Assembly: GCF_009914755.1 (NCBI RefSeq)
Contig: NC_060925.1
DNA: 64,000 nucleotides
Direction: 5' to 3' (one strand)
From: the human T2T-CHM13v2.0 reference genome, Homo sapiens
Below, one piece after another: positions 14,876-30,697 of this stretch; the first letter of the stretch is position 1; every line of letters starts with the position of its first letter. The position numbers were made by a program, and so were the translations under genes. A model generated the notes under the pieces. It had not been told where the DNA came from. It worked only from the letters and a program-made list of their open reading frames with translations, and searched no databases.

Positions 14876-17800
14876 ACAAGGGAGTATAGAAAGACTTGAC
14901 CCAATATTTGCTTATTTATTTTTTCTTTTTAAAATTTTTATGGATATCTATTTTTAATGTGCTCCATGGTAGGAATTAGCTTAATCCTGCAATTAAGTGA
15001 AACACATTTTAAGAATGTATAATATTTTCTCTTTTTGTGTGCCACTTTTTATTTTAAACAACCAAAATAGTGGTCATGACCTTCATTTGACAACCCCTGG
15101 TCCAGTACTTCCTAAGTGTTTCATTACTGTTGCCACTGGTATCGTTGTTCTTGCTGGCTGTTGAAGGATGATTGTGTGTTGGCCCGCTCAGTGGACTGCT
15201 TGTCCTTGCTGATTGCTGAGGAGGTCCTGTCAGAAGAGTGTCCGCATCAGCTCTCCCTGTTCCCGTTTCCCTTCCGGAGGTTGCTGAGCAGCACACATTT
15301 TTGGAGCCCTTGCTGTAGTTCTCCAACAGGGCATTGCCAGAGTTACTACAGAGAGAGAGAGGGAAGACTCTCATGGGCAGCAGTAGCAATCCATCCTGTG
15401 TGAGCAGATGGCACTGGAGAATAGCAGCCTTGCTTCTGCTGAGCTGCAGCCAAGATCCTGTTCAGAGAGGCAGCCAACAAGGTGCATGGCACAGCCGGAT
15501 AGATTCACACTCTGGGCCTTGTGCAATGGCAAGGAATTACTATTTGTGTTGCTTTAAAAGTGACATTCCTCCTTATCCTCTGAATGCGTCTAGTACTTGG
15601 GCTGTGCTCAGGTTACAGGGAGGCTGTTCTATGGTTTTTACAGAGTAAGAAAATCCAGAGGGCCCCTGAGATTTCCAATGTAATCCTACTCTGTAGGGCT
15701 GAAAGTGCCTGCTATGGTGGATACCAAGGCAGATTTCCAGAACATGAGCTTGAGGAGACGGTTAAACATTCTGGGTTTAAAACTCTTCTGTGATTTTGGC
15801 AAATCTTTCAGATTACTTGCCGTTTTCCTATTTGCTCCCTTGCCCAACTTCTGTTGCATTCATCCCAATCTGCTTTTCTCCTCCGCTGCTTATATAAAGC
15901 CGCGTGTGGTATTACACCAGATGTTCATGGTGTGTTTATGAATGCATGTGTTCCTATCCCGGGCCAAGAAAATACACTTGACATAGGACGTCCAAAATTT
16001 TTTGGCTTATGAAGCTCCAGTATCTTTTACTTTCACTACTTATTTAATTTTAAAAGAAGGTTACTGTACTGTTTTATTCTTTGAATAAATATGAAGGGTG
16101 AAATAATAATTGATCTGCTGGCGGAATGAGAAAGCCTAAGGAGGAAGAATTGTCTGGATATCCTTTGTGCTTAGAGATTGGATCACCTTCTTTTTCAGTA
16201 ATGCCAGCCCCTCCCCTACCCAAAGTCATGGCTGTTGTCCATGCATCTTTTTATCTTGGCTATTATAGAAGCATACCCACTGCCAACACATTTCTGGACC
16301 CTGGGTACAAAATTAGACTAAGTGAATATAAATATCCAGTCTGGCTAGAGAGAAAAGAGTGAAGAGGCCTCATGAAGCATTGGCCCTTATTCTCAGGAAG
16401 CGTTCTAGGGAAAGTATGGTAGAAAGAACACTAAATGATGATTCAGGCCTGAGTTCCCATCCCGACTCCACCTCTCACGTTTAGAACGGGCATAATGATC
16501 AGTTGATTTCGCTGCCCGTGAATGCCGGGAGACTCTCCTTAGTCTGTAAAGTCCCCTCCTCACCACAGAGATGGAACCTCTGTGGTTTAAGGAAAGCTGG
16601 TGTGGGGAGGCTAGTCCTCTACCCTTCACACAAGCCTCCAAATGCAGGGAGTTGAAGTGCCACCACAGAGATAGCAGAGGTCGAACGGTCTACCTCTCTC
16701 TTGCAGATGAGGAAACTTGAGGCCACGATAAGTGAAATACATTGCTGTGTTGAGAGTCCTGTGGGCAGTGAGCTGAAAGCAGAACAAAGAGCTGGGACTC
16801 CTGATTCCCAGCCTGGCAGTAGTAGTTCCTGGTGTCATATTTGCCATTGCCTCAGTATGAAGCCATTCCAGTATTTCAGTGTTTTTAAAAAGGTATTGTC
16901 CCTTGATAAAATGCAGATGTCAGGAAATAAATCACATTACAAATTCTTTCATTTTTAATCTCACAATTAGTGATTAAGAGATGCATATTTGTACTTTCGA
17001 GCTCAAATCTAGGTTAAATAATTTTTCATTTTACTATTAATCTGCTTTTGACTTAGGTGATAATCGATTGTGCAGATCACAGATTTGAGTAATGTTGGCT
17101 ACAACTTCCTTTGGTTGAAGACCAACAATAATTGCCGCTATCATGAGCTAAATATTGCAGACTAAATGACAAAGGAAAGGTATTGAAGACGGGTGTATTC
17201 CATATGAGGTCTCTTTTTCCCTCAGAGACCAGTGACTAATATGCCACGAGCATATTAGTCTAATATCCAAAGGAACAAAAATGAGTAGGATTATAGTCTT
17301 TACAGTTTCAAAGTTTTAAAAATTATATTAAATAAGTTATAAACCTGTCTTTGTTGTCTTCTTTAGGAATAGCTTACAAATCCCTGCTGGCTTGGGATTT
17401 ATTAGGACACTTTTAGGGTAAAATTTATCTGTGTCACACAGACACCCAGAGGAGATGGCACAAAGAGAAGCAGTTGAGTTTTGTTGGTGAAGCCTTGTAC
17501 AACCTTCCTTGAGGTGACTTCCGCGTACCTATATGTTAAAAACGGTAAATTGTTTCCTTAATGCTAAACTTCCTGCTGCTTCTGTCAGAGAATACTTTGG
17601 AATCCTAATCTCAGAAATCTTTCAGAGTTGACTCATGCATTTTGTGGGTGTTTAAGAATGTCAGATAGCTTCAGGAGGAGCAAGCATCCACTTGTTGGGA
17701 ACAGACCCTTCCTTGTTAAGAGATCAGGCTTGGGATCCAAACACAACCTGTGGTAATGATCTTTCTGCACCAATTTGTGTAGACTGAAGCAACGGTTGTG

Positions 17801-19329
17801 AGAACCAAGGGCAACATGCACCAAATGTCCACTTATGTAGTCTAATCAGGTAAGAGAATGCTTTGCTTAATTCAGTAATTTTCCTCAGTTATTCAAGGCT
17901 TGCCAAAGAATCAGACTATAAGATAGCATTTAAAAAAAAAAAACATTGCTGCACATGATGTTTCATTTGTTGAGAAGGGTTTTCTGAGTCTTAATTGCCT
18001 GAAAGTCATGACCGTGGCTGTCAGGGGTGAACGATACAAAAAGTAAGGTATGGTAAAGGGTGTAATGAGAAGTTCATCTAATAATTTGTAGGGTCCTGTG
18101 GATGGGAAGGTGGAAGAGTTCAAAGGTATGATAATTCTTCATCTCAAGTAGAGTGGCTCTTGCTTGACTGTTAAGATAGCCTCTGGCCTCAAGGGGATTA
18201 TAATCTGCTCTGGAGGATTTGTAAACAATGTCTGTTCCACTGGAGGAGTGAAATGTCAGGTAAAGGTACAAGGCCACTGCATATGATTGTACAAATCGTG
18301 GCCTGTTGAGGGGAACCTGGCTAAGGGGTGTGTGAGGCCTGTAGTCCAACCCTGGTTCTGCCCACCGAGCTGTGTTCTCCGGCACACGGCTGAGTCTGCC
18401 TGGAGAAATGAGCATCTTGAAATGTGTGCATAGCCACAATGTGTTTACTCAGCTGGGGGCCCACAGGGCTGCCTCTTCCCAAAGGGAACACCTCTGTAGT
18501 ACAGACACCGAATGAACTAACTTTAGCCCATGTGCTGGTAGATTACAGAAGGGGGGATTAACTCTCAAGGTAAGATAGGAGAAAAATGATCAGGGAAAGC
18601 TTCTTAGAGGAACACACAAACTGAAGGGTGTTTCTTCCAGCCAACATTTGCTAGCCCTTCAGAAGCCCAACTCCAGTGTGGGAAGCTTCTTTTGGACCTG
18701 AGGTCAGATTGGGGTGTCCACCTCTGTCTTCTGTTCCGTCTTTCCTCCACGAGTCTGTAGATTGCGGGAGGGTAGGAACCACAGTCGCACTTGACTCTGT
18801 GCCTGGCACAGACAAGGGGTCAAAGGATGAATGATAAGGAAATGAGGGTGGGAGGTGAGGTTGAGAAGTAGTTTCCAGCTAGATCAGAGAGACCTTGAAT
18901 GCTATCCTAAGGAGTATTCATCCATGCCATCCTACAAGCCAAGGAACACACTGTGGTGTCAGCAAGGGAGCGACTTGTGCCACCTTGTGTTTTTGGAAGG
19001 TCTATCTTGGAGTTGTGTCTAGGATGGATTGGGGGAGGGAGAGGGTCTGGGAGAGAGGAAAGGAAGCTGACTGGTGAGGAGATATGGAATTAAAGGATGC
19101 TTATAATTTGGTAGGAAACAGCCACATAGAAACTGAGTTTTTAGTTAGTTAGATACAGTACCTAAAGGAAGCACTGGTTATACAGAGCAGGACCAGGTAT
19201 TTCCTTACAGTCAGCAGCTCGGTTCTTTAGTAAGAACCTGTCCCTTTTATACAGGTGCTAGTGTCATATTTCAGCAGCATGTATGCTAACATGCAAAGTT
19301 GTTTCTGTTCAAGAAAATGCTCACAAACA

Positions 19330-19890
<561 letters not shown>

Positions 19891-19949
19891 ATCTCCATGT
19901 TCTTGAATGAAATTTGCAAAGCAGCATCATTCCAAGACCTTTATACATA

Positions 19950-20130
19950 TGTTAATCACATGCAACTTTCAAAACAACCCTAAGTGATATTATTCCCATT
20001 TTATTGGTGAGGAAACGGAGGCACAAACTTGACTGAGGCAAAGACATACGTGACAAAAGTCTTATAGCCTTTAAGTGGTGCCAGGATTTGAACTCAGGCA
20101 GTCTGGCTCTAAAGCGTATGTACTTGACCA
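19950..20130. mobile_element. MIR
   Basis: attcccattttattggtgaggaaacggaggca...ggatttgaactcaggcagtctggctc. Confidence 0.75.
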
Positions 20131-20157
20131 ATTATACTGGATTCAGAATTTTCTTTG

Positions 20158-20345
20158 GGCCAGGTGCTGGGGCTCATGTCTGTAATCCCACCACTTTGGG
20201 AGGCTGAGGAAGGAGGATCACTTGAGGTCAGAAGTTCGAGACCAGCCTGGGCAACATGGTAAAACCCCGTGTCTACTAAAAATGCAACAATTAGCTGGGC
20301 ATGGTGGCATGCACCTGTGTTCCCAGCTACTTAGGAGGCTGAGGT
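20158..20345 (+). mobile_element. 3'-truncated Alu
   Basis: Left arm plus the start of the right arm; no tail. Confidence 0.85.
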
Positions 20346-21392
20346 GTTTTCTTCATAGTTACCCATAGCAAGTGTCAGAGAGTGATTTAAAACTGTATTT
20401 TTGGTATGAAGGAAAAGAAAGTCAAGCTTTGAACAAATACCAATTGAAAGGTGGATACTGGATGTCTGAAATGAGTCACTTAAGTGCCAAAATGCCTTAA
20501 ATTTAAGAGTTTCTTCCATGATTTCTGCCTCTAAAGGACTTTGACATCTATTTTTTTAACCAAGGTTTTTTATTTTTTAAAGCTTATTTTCTTACTGGAA
20601 GAGATTCAGCAGAGTGATATTAGGGATAACTTATAGAATGAAGTCTTTCTTCACTGTATTTTTTCCCCCAAAGTAGTTATTTCTACTTCAGTGCCAAAAT
20701 ATTCTTACAAGTGGGGAGATAAAGAACTTGCAGCTTGAAGAATTATAAAGCTCTACAGTTCATCTTTGACCAGGCCCCTTGAGATGCGTGTATGTGTGTG
20801 CGCAGGTGCGCACACACGTGTGCACTGCCATTATTAGTGATGTTTTGGCGAAGGGATGATACCAGGGTGAGCAAGGCTTCTCCTAGTTCTGTCCCATACA
20901 TGCAGTCTGATACTTCAGGGTAGAGTGGTCTTACAAGGGAATTGAGCTCATTTACAGGAATCTTACTCTCAGCATTTTCTGTAGAACAATGAAAAGAACA
21001 TTGAGTAATTATCTCTTTCTGGTGACTTAGCCAGGCATCTTGGGAATTTGCTGTTTTGTGAACATTCGTTCAGCTCTGTCTTGTATATCTAGTTTGCCTT
21101 CACTTTATAGACAGTCACAACAAAAAGAGGATACAGATGTGTGGGTGTGTGGGTGCTAGAAACAATAACAATTTTGTATCTCCCACCCAGCCTAAGAAAC
21201 AGAGTGTTATCAGTACCCCATAGCTCCTTTTTCCATCTCTCTCCTCCAGCACTATCCTGCATCTTGTAATGATTCTCTTGCTTTACCATATACTTTTGTA
21301 TATGCATGTAGCCATCAACATTATATTGTATAATTGTGTCTGTGTTAGACTTTTTCATAAACCAGCAGGCTCCTAAGCTGTAGAATTAAGCC

Positions 21393-21680
21393 TTTTTTTT
21401 TTTTTTGAGACAGAGTCTCGCTCTGTTGCCCAGACTGGAATGCAATGGCGCTATCTCAGCTCACTGCTACCTCCGCCTCCCAGGTTCAAGGCCTCAGCCT
21501 CCCAAGTAGCTGGGACTACAGGCATGTGCCACCATGCCTGGCTAATTTTGGTATTTTTAGCAGAGACGGGGATTCGCCATTGTTGGCCAGGCTGGTCTCA
21601 AACTCCTGACCTCAAGTGATCTGCCTGTCTTGGCCTCCCAAAGTGCTGGGATTACAAGTGTGAGTCACAGTGCCCGGCCA
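21393..21680 (-). mobile_element. AluS
   Basis: TSD agaattaagc. Confidence 0.9.
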
Positions 21681-21909
21681 GAATTAAGCTTTTATTATTT
21701 TTATTTTTGGGTTGTGCCAGTAAATGATAGGAAGCCATTCTTATAACTTGACGTTGTTTTGATAGGCCAAGTTGTCATCTGTTTGATGTCACCTGGCCAA
21801 GCAATCTGAAGAAGATCACAGATGACTTCTGATGCCCCCTCCCTTTGTGGTTTCTCTGACACTTAGGGAAATGTGCCACAGCCTGGCACAGAGTAGTTGC
21901 TCAGTAAAT

Positions 21910-22215
<306 letters not shown>

Positions 22216-23229
22216 GGGTACGATGTTTGTATCTTTAGTGCCTTGTGTGGTACCTGGTACATAGACTTGCAGAAAATTTTGGTTGGAGAAGTGGTGTGTT
22301 CAGAGAATTTTCAGCTGTGGTTCTGAGTGATTGGAGTGGCTTTGGAATCGAGGTGATGATCTGGGGTGAAACAGGAGTAGCTCTCTCATAGGTTACTGCA
22401 CAGCTGACTTCTGGCATGTACTTTTCCTTTCCTGTGTCACAAAACACACTTTTCATTGTCCTTATGCTGGCCCCACCTGCGTTACTTATTGAAAAAAGTA
22501 TATGACAGACAGAAATAAGACATTCAGATAAAAAAAAAAAGACCTCATTTGCCTTTGCTTAAAGTATTAGTAGTTGAGATTTGATCCTGAGAGACTTTCA
22601 TTCCAGTTGATGGATTTTACCTAACTAAAGTCAATTATTTTGAGGTGTTAATCACCACTTTTATTAAAACAAATCTTTTTGTCTCCAGCGTCAAGAAACT
22701 AAGGTAACCTGGTTGGCTTTCTGTAACCCTGGACTAGTATTTTAGAGATAATCTCTTCAATAGTGAAAGGTGGATTGGCTGGCAGATTCATTGTTTGACT
22801 AAACGCTTTCATTTAGCTTGTGACCTATAGCCTATTCCTCTTTCATAGTGTATTTATGTAGAACTTTATTGGCAGTGTAAGAGCCTCTATATCTTAATTG
22901 TGATAACTACTGACTGTTTAATTTTCTGCCTGACACAGAGTAAAATTCCATGAACTTTTGCTATTGAAAGCTTTTGGTGGATTAGTACCCAATCCCAGTG
23001 TTTAAGACTCTGAGCTCTGGAACAGGCCTCATGCTAGATTGATATAGGGCCTGGCACATAGATGCTTAATAAATATTAGCTGAATGAGTATTTTGTGGAT
23101 TTAAAGAGTATTCAAACCACAAAACTAACCATACCCTATATTGTCAGAGGGAACAGTGTACCTTTTTTTTTCTTCCCATTTCAGGACCAAAATCAGCCTT
23201 TTGTATTTTGGATCTTTACATATTTATTT

Positions 23230-23537
23230 ATTTTTTCTTTCCTTTGTTTTATTTTGTTTTGAGTCAGAGTCTTGCTCTGTCGCCCAAGCTGGAGTGAAGT
23301 GGCGTTATCTTGGCTCATTGCAACCTCTGCCTCCTGGGTTCAAGTGATTCTCATGCCTCAGCCTCCAGGGTAGCTGGGACTGCAGGTGCACACCATCACG
23401 CCCAGCTAATTTTTTGTATTTTTGGGGGTTTTGCCATGTTGGCCAGTCTGGTCTTGAACTCCTGAGCTTGGGCAACCCACCCAACCTTGGCCTCCCAAAG
23501 CGCTGGGATTACAGGCGTGAGCCACTGTTCCCGGCCA
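23230..23537 (-). mobile_element. AluS
   Basis: Reverse-complement dimer. Confidence 0.9.
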
Positions 23538-23639
23538 ATATTTCTTTCTTTTTGAGAGTCATTCAGTCCCTGCAGTGTTTATGCTGACTGTCCTGCATAT
23601 TTAGGGTTGCTGTAGAATGGATTTTGTGCTATATAAATA

Positions 23640-23642
<3 letters not shown>

Positions 23643-23682
<40 letters not shown>
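23643..23682. repeat. (GT)20 microsatellite
   Basis: Read directly. Confidence 0.97.
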
Positions 23683-23690
<8 letters not shown>

Positions 23691-25189
23691 GTCTGTGTTC
23701 TCATGGTTTTTCTAAAGAAATGTCATCTGCTTATTGGCTCTTCTACTTACAGGTCTTTTCTTTTTAACCAGCCTTAAGATGATGCAGAATGTGAGTCCAA
23801 CATCCTACTCCTTCAGCAGTTGACAGTGTTTTGGCATATGTGCTGCCCTGAATACAGTGATCTATTTCAGTCTGTTGATATAAATGTGGACAGCTTTAAT
23901 GTGTAGGAATTGAGGCTAACAAAATATCTTTCCATATCCTGGAAGCATGAATTTTGGAGAGATGACCAACTTAATAGATAGTCTTAAGTTTTGTGTTATC
24001 GTATAATTTTAAATGCGGTATTATCTTAATGCACAGTTTAATAGTCTTAAATCCTGAAAATTTGTATATTATCTGATCTAGTTAGAAATTGAAAATATAT
24101 ATTTCTCAAGGTTACCAAGATTATATCTATTTGAATTTAGTAGTGATTGAATGGAATAGGTTGTTAAGATGAATTGCCACAAAATTTATATTGTTGTAAG
24201 ATATGTAGAACATTGATTTTCTTCTAATATACTTAACATTGTGGATGATACCATCCATCTATCTTTCTCTCTATATGAACACATAATTTTGTTATATATA
24301 ATGTTTGGAATCTGACACTTCATCTTTCCTTTTCTGAAGAAAGATTTTTTATATGTCGCCTTAATCATTGGTGTTTTGTTTAATCTTATAAACACATGAT
24401 GGATTTATTTGTTGGTTTGTTGTGAAACTTAAGAAAAAGGCAAAGATAGTGGCCTCTTTGGGGCACCCTATATTTATTACATTTATTTGAAACCTTCCTA
24501 GTGTTTTCTGAATTATTTGTGTGTGTGATGTGTGTGTGTGAACACACTCAGGATTCAGAAGCTGTGTGGGACCATGTATGTGTGTCCACAGCCTTTCTTT
24601 GGAATACTGCTTCAGAAATTAGAGCAGGTAAGTCCATGCATGCTATCATCAGCATTTAATGATGCTGCTTTCTCTTCCAAGCAAACTGACAAGGGTAGAT
24701 GAAGGTCCAGTTTTCCGAAATGGGCCTCAGTCTTCTGACAGGGTGTTTTATTGTAGTTTGCTGTTGTCATGAGGTCTTCATTCAGATGCGGATATATTAA
24801 GGTCATTTTGCTTTGTCTGAGGATCTTTCTGGGTTTTCATGGTAGAGATTGAGATATGTGGGACAAGTTTGATCTTGTATCAGGTTAGAGGACATGTTGC
24901 TTGCCCTGCTTCAGAGAAGAGCCAAAGCTGGCAGGAATAGCTGCAAAAGTATGCTGCACTTAGATCTTTCAATTAGTAAATTAGAGTAAGATGCCTCTGG
25001 AAGTCTTCCACAGAGTTATTTTAAACTTGGGGTCGTACTGCTTGTGTTGAATTAACTCAAGGTTCTCTCTCAAGGGGCACATGAAGGTCTTCCTCCACTG
25101 CTTCTGCTTAGTTCAGGCCTTCATCTTGTGCTTGGATTATTATCGCAGCCTCCTTTGCTTCCACCATGCCACATCCAAATGTCACATTT

Positions 25190-25335
25190 CCAAGGGCCTG
25201 CGACCCATGTAGGCACGTAAGGCCCCGTGCGTAGTTTAGTGCTCTGCTGTTGTCATCTTGAAATTCTTCATTTTCCAACAAGAGGAACACCTTCAATTTG
25301 TACTAGTCCCTACGATTTCAGTAGCTGGTCTTGGC
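25190..25335 (+). mobile_element. MER91-like hAT-Tip100 fragment
   Basis: ggccccgtgcgtagtttagtgctctgctgttgtcatcttgaaattctt...gtagctggtcttg. Confidence 0.55.
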
Positions 25336-25612
25336 TCTAGGAATAGCATTTCTAAAACTATCTATTTAAAATTCCTCAAAGTTCACGCTCCATATCCTGC
25401 CCATCTAGCACCATCTCTTAGTGGTGGGCTTTTCTTTGACTGTCAGTGCTTGAAGAAGTTCTTCCAGGTATACCAAAGGGCCCCACATCTCTGCAACATT
25501 TGCTGTTGCTGTTTCCTTCTTCTCATTTCCCCTACCCAACCTGGTTCACTTCTATTCATGTTTTGAAATGCTGAAGAAATAAGGTTGGGCTGTGAAACCG
25601 AATATGACCATC

Positions 25613-25902
25613 TTTTTTTTTTTTTTTTTGAGATGGAGTCTTGCTCTGTCACCTAGGCTGGCGTGATCTTGGCTCACTGTAACCTCCGCCTCTTGGGCTC
25701 AAGCTCTTCTGCCTCAGCCTCCCCAGTAGCTGGGATTACAGATAGGCACATGCCACCACACCCGGTAAATTTTTATATTTTTAGTAGAGACGGGGTTTCT
25801 CCATGTTGGTCAGGCTGGTCTCAAACTCCTGACCTCAGGTGATCTGCCCACCTTGGCCTCCCAAAGTGCTGGGATTACAGGCGTGAGCTACTGTGTCTGG
25901 CC
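25613..25902 (-). mobile_element. AluS
   Basis: TSD aatatgaccatctt. Confidence 0.9.
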
Positions 25903-26109
25903 TAATATGACCATCTTAACTCATGATCACACTTTGCTTGTATCATACCTCTTTTCAAAAGGTTGCTATCTGGTGAGGTTGGGCCATATTTGATTTTGGG
26001 ATAATGGTTCTATAATAACTCTCCAAGATGATCATATTGATTTTTGCAAGGTAAAAGAAAATTCTCCTATCTTCAGGGTGTTCATTCATGCAACATATTT
26101 TTTAAATTT

Positions 26110-26441
<332 letters not shown>

Positions 26442-26789
26442 TAATATATGCCAGACTATATTTTAAGCACTGAGGATGTGGCATTGAACCAACTGTTTTA
26501 ACTTTTCCTTCTTTGAGCTAATAATTTCTAGTAGAGGGGGCAGAAAGTGAATGAACAAATACCTCAATATATAATTAGATCTGGAGTTCTAGAAAACAAT
26601 GCAAAATACACATTTTGGTCTTTCACCTTGGAAGATGTGTATTTGTTGTTTATCTACCTTAAAGTTTGGTGGATGAGACTAAGAATGGGGCTCTGGGCCT
26701 GGCGTGACTATTGCAGAGTGGGACAGCACCCAGGTTGTCAGTTGCTCCTTGCATCTTTTCTGATAGTGATTGTTTAGACCTAGAACATA

Positions 26790-27600
26790 GATACCACACA
26801 GGTATTACCCAAGAGAACTGAAAACATACACTCACACAATGTATATGAACATTCACTACAGCATTATTCATAATAGCCAAAAAGTAGAAACAACCCAAAT
26901 ATCCATTATATGTATGAATAAAATGTGGCATAACCATACAATGAAATGTTATTTAGCCATAAATAGGAGTGAAATATGGATACGTGGTACATTGAAAACA
27001 TTAAGCTAAGTGAAAGAAAACAGTCACAGAAAACTATGATTCCATTTATAAGAAGTGTCCAGGGAGGCCGGGCGCGGTGGCTCACGCTTGTAATCCCAGC
27101 ACTTTGGGAGGCTGAGGCGGGCGGATCATGAGGTCAGGAGATCGAGACCACGGTGAAACCCTGTTTCTACTAAAAATACTAAAAATTAGCTGGGCATGGT
27201 GGCGGGCGCCTGTAGTCCCAGCTACTCGGAGAGGCTGAGGCAGGAGAATGGTGTGAACCCAGGAGGCAGAGCTTGCAGTGAGCCGAGATCGCGCCACTGC
27301 ACTCCAGCGTGGGTGACAGAGCGAGACTCCGTCTCAAAAAAAAAAAAAAAAAAAAAGAAGTGTCCAGGGTAGGCAAATCTACAGACAGAAAGATTGGTAG
27401 TTGCTGGGGGCGAGAGGGAGATGAGAAGAAGGAGTGACTGCTAATGGGTCAGGGTTTCTTTCTGAAGTAGTGAAAGTGTTCTGAAATTAGGGAGTGGTGA
27501 TGGTTGTACAACATTGAGACTATACTGAAAGCTGCTGAGTCCTACATTTAAAAATGGCAGATGTTATAGTGTGTGAATTATCACAATAAAGCTGTCATAA
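26790..27600 (+). mobile_element. L1MB-like 3' end interrupted by Alu
   Basis: gcagcattattcataatagccaaaaagtagaaacaacccaaat-type motif; ends ...aataaagctg. Confidence 0.8.
27066..27356 (+). mobile_element. AluYc3-like (12-bp deletion lineage)
   Basis: ctcacgcttgtaa, gagaccacggtgaaa and actcggagaggctgagg diagnostics; TSD aagaagtgtccaggg. Confidence 0.85.
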
Positions 27601-28084
27601 AAAAATGCTGGGATTACCTTCTATCTGAAGGTGAGGATCTTATGAAGATTAAATGAAATGAAATAACATAAAGCACTTAAAGCCCAGTGCCTGGGACATA
27701 GTATGCACTTAATTAATGGTGGTGGTTGTTGCTCTTGAAGTAATACGGTTTAAATATCTGTAAGCTGGAACTTTTATTTATTCACTGCTACATCTCCAGA
27801 ATATGACCTGTTATGGAGTATGTAGCCAATAAATATAATACTAGTCAAATGAATGTGGCTTGTTCACATTCATGTTCAGTCACATTCACCAATGTGGCTG
27901 TCTTTCTTGTTCCGCCTTTTGCAGCATGTTAGTGAATCTGCATCAACTGGGCCTGTGTTTTGAGCTACTTGTCTAGTGGTAGTACTCAAGAGATATGGAG
28001 CCCTTCACAGCCCATCTTTCAGTGCTTAAGTTGGGGTTGGGGGTACAGACTCAGTCTGGGGAGGCAAGGCTTCTACCTAAATTA

Positions 28085-29565
<1,481 letters not shown>

Positions 29566-30234
29566 GAGAATGTGATTCTTAGCATTCATTATAAGTTCCC
29601 CAGAGAGCAGAGGATTTCATTTGTGGTAAAACACATACGCGTGCACACACACACACACACACACACCCCACACATTTAGTTCTTAGAAATGTACAGATTT
29701 AAACTGATAGTTTGTTCTGCTGAACCTAACTCACAATTTCTACATATAGGAAATTAATGTTTTAAATGAAGATAGAAGCAGTTTTCTCCTGAAAGTATTT
29801 ATGTGGTTTTGTTAAAACTTCACATCCTTTTATGAACTTGGCATTCCACTAACAACACTCAGCTGCTTTTACAATTGTGTCAGCAAGGTTCCATCTGCTT
29901 ATATTGAGGTTGATGAAAAGAAGTAAAGCTGTTGTTGTTTGTATTATGTGGCATTCTTTTTAGATCACTGGAACTTTTTTTCCTTTGGTCTCTGTAAGAA
30001 ATGGTTGTGCTTCTCATCTTCCTTTAGTCTTCTGTACATTGTGTGGTTGATCATGTTCCTTGTTACCATAAACTGTTGAGAGGCTCAGTGCCCAATTTGT
30101 GGCCTACCTCTAGGAATTATCCAGGGCTTCTCTTTATCAGCTTTTTTATGTACCATCCTGCTTCTTGACTTTATTTTCTACTCTTATTTTTTTCTTGACC
30201 AATTTATCTTTCTTTCTTTCTTTCCTGCTTTCTT

Positions 30235-30415
30235 GGTTTCTTTCTTTCTTTTTTTTTTTTGAGACAGGGTCTCCTCCTGTTGCCCAGGCTGGCATTCAGT
30301 AGTGCAGTCAATGAGCTTGAGCTCCCTGCAAGTGCAAACTCCTGGGCTTAAGTGATCCTCCCACCTCATCCTCCCAAAGTACCAGAAGTACAGGCACGAG
30401 CCACACACGTGGCCA
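30235..30415 (-). mobile_element. Alu right-arm-type monomer
   Basis: gagacagggtctcc...cctcatcctcccaaagta. Confidence 0.75.
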
Positions 30416-30697
30416 CTGTTTCTTTCTTCCTTTTTTTGGGGGGGGGGCGGGAGGAGGGGTGGTGCTATGCTATCTCAAAGAGCTGCTTTTATAATTTTTT
30501 GGGAGATAAATGTGTTAAATAAGCAACAGTCCCACCTTATTGACGTGAATATTTTAAAAACTTAAAACATGTCTACAACTTCCTAGGAATTTCTTCCCAC
30601 ATCAGGAAGGATGGAGAGAAGGCAAAACTAAGAGTTGGTAAGCTTTGTGTTTGGGAAATTTTCTTGAATACCTCTTTTTTTCTTGTCTTTTTAATAG

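Noticed and set aside
15865-15910. Internal CCAAT/TATA promoter as an annotated feature
   Set aside because: These short motifs are expected by chance, and there is no downstream exon or CpG island; mentioned only as part of a candidate region.
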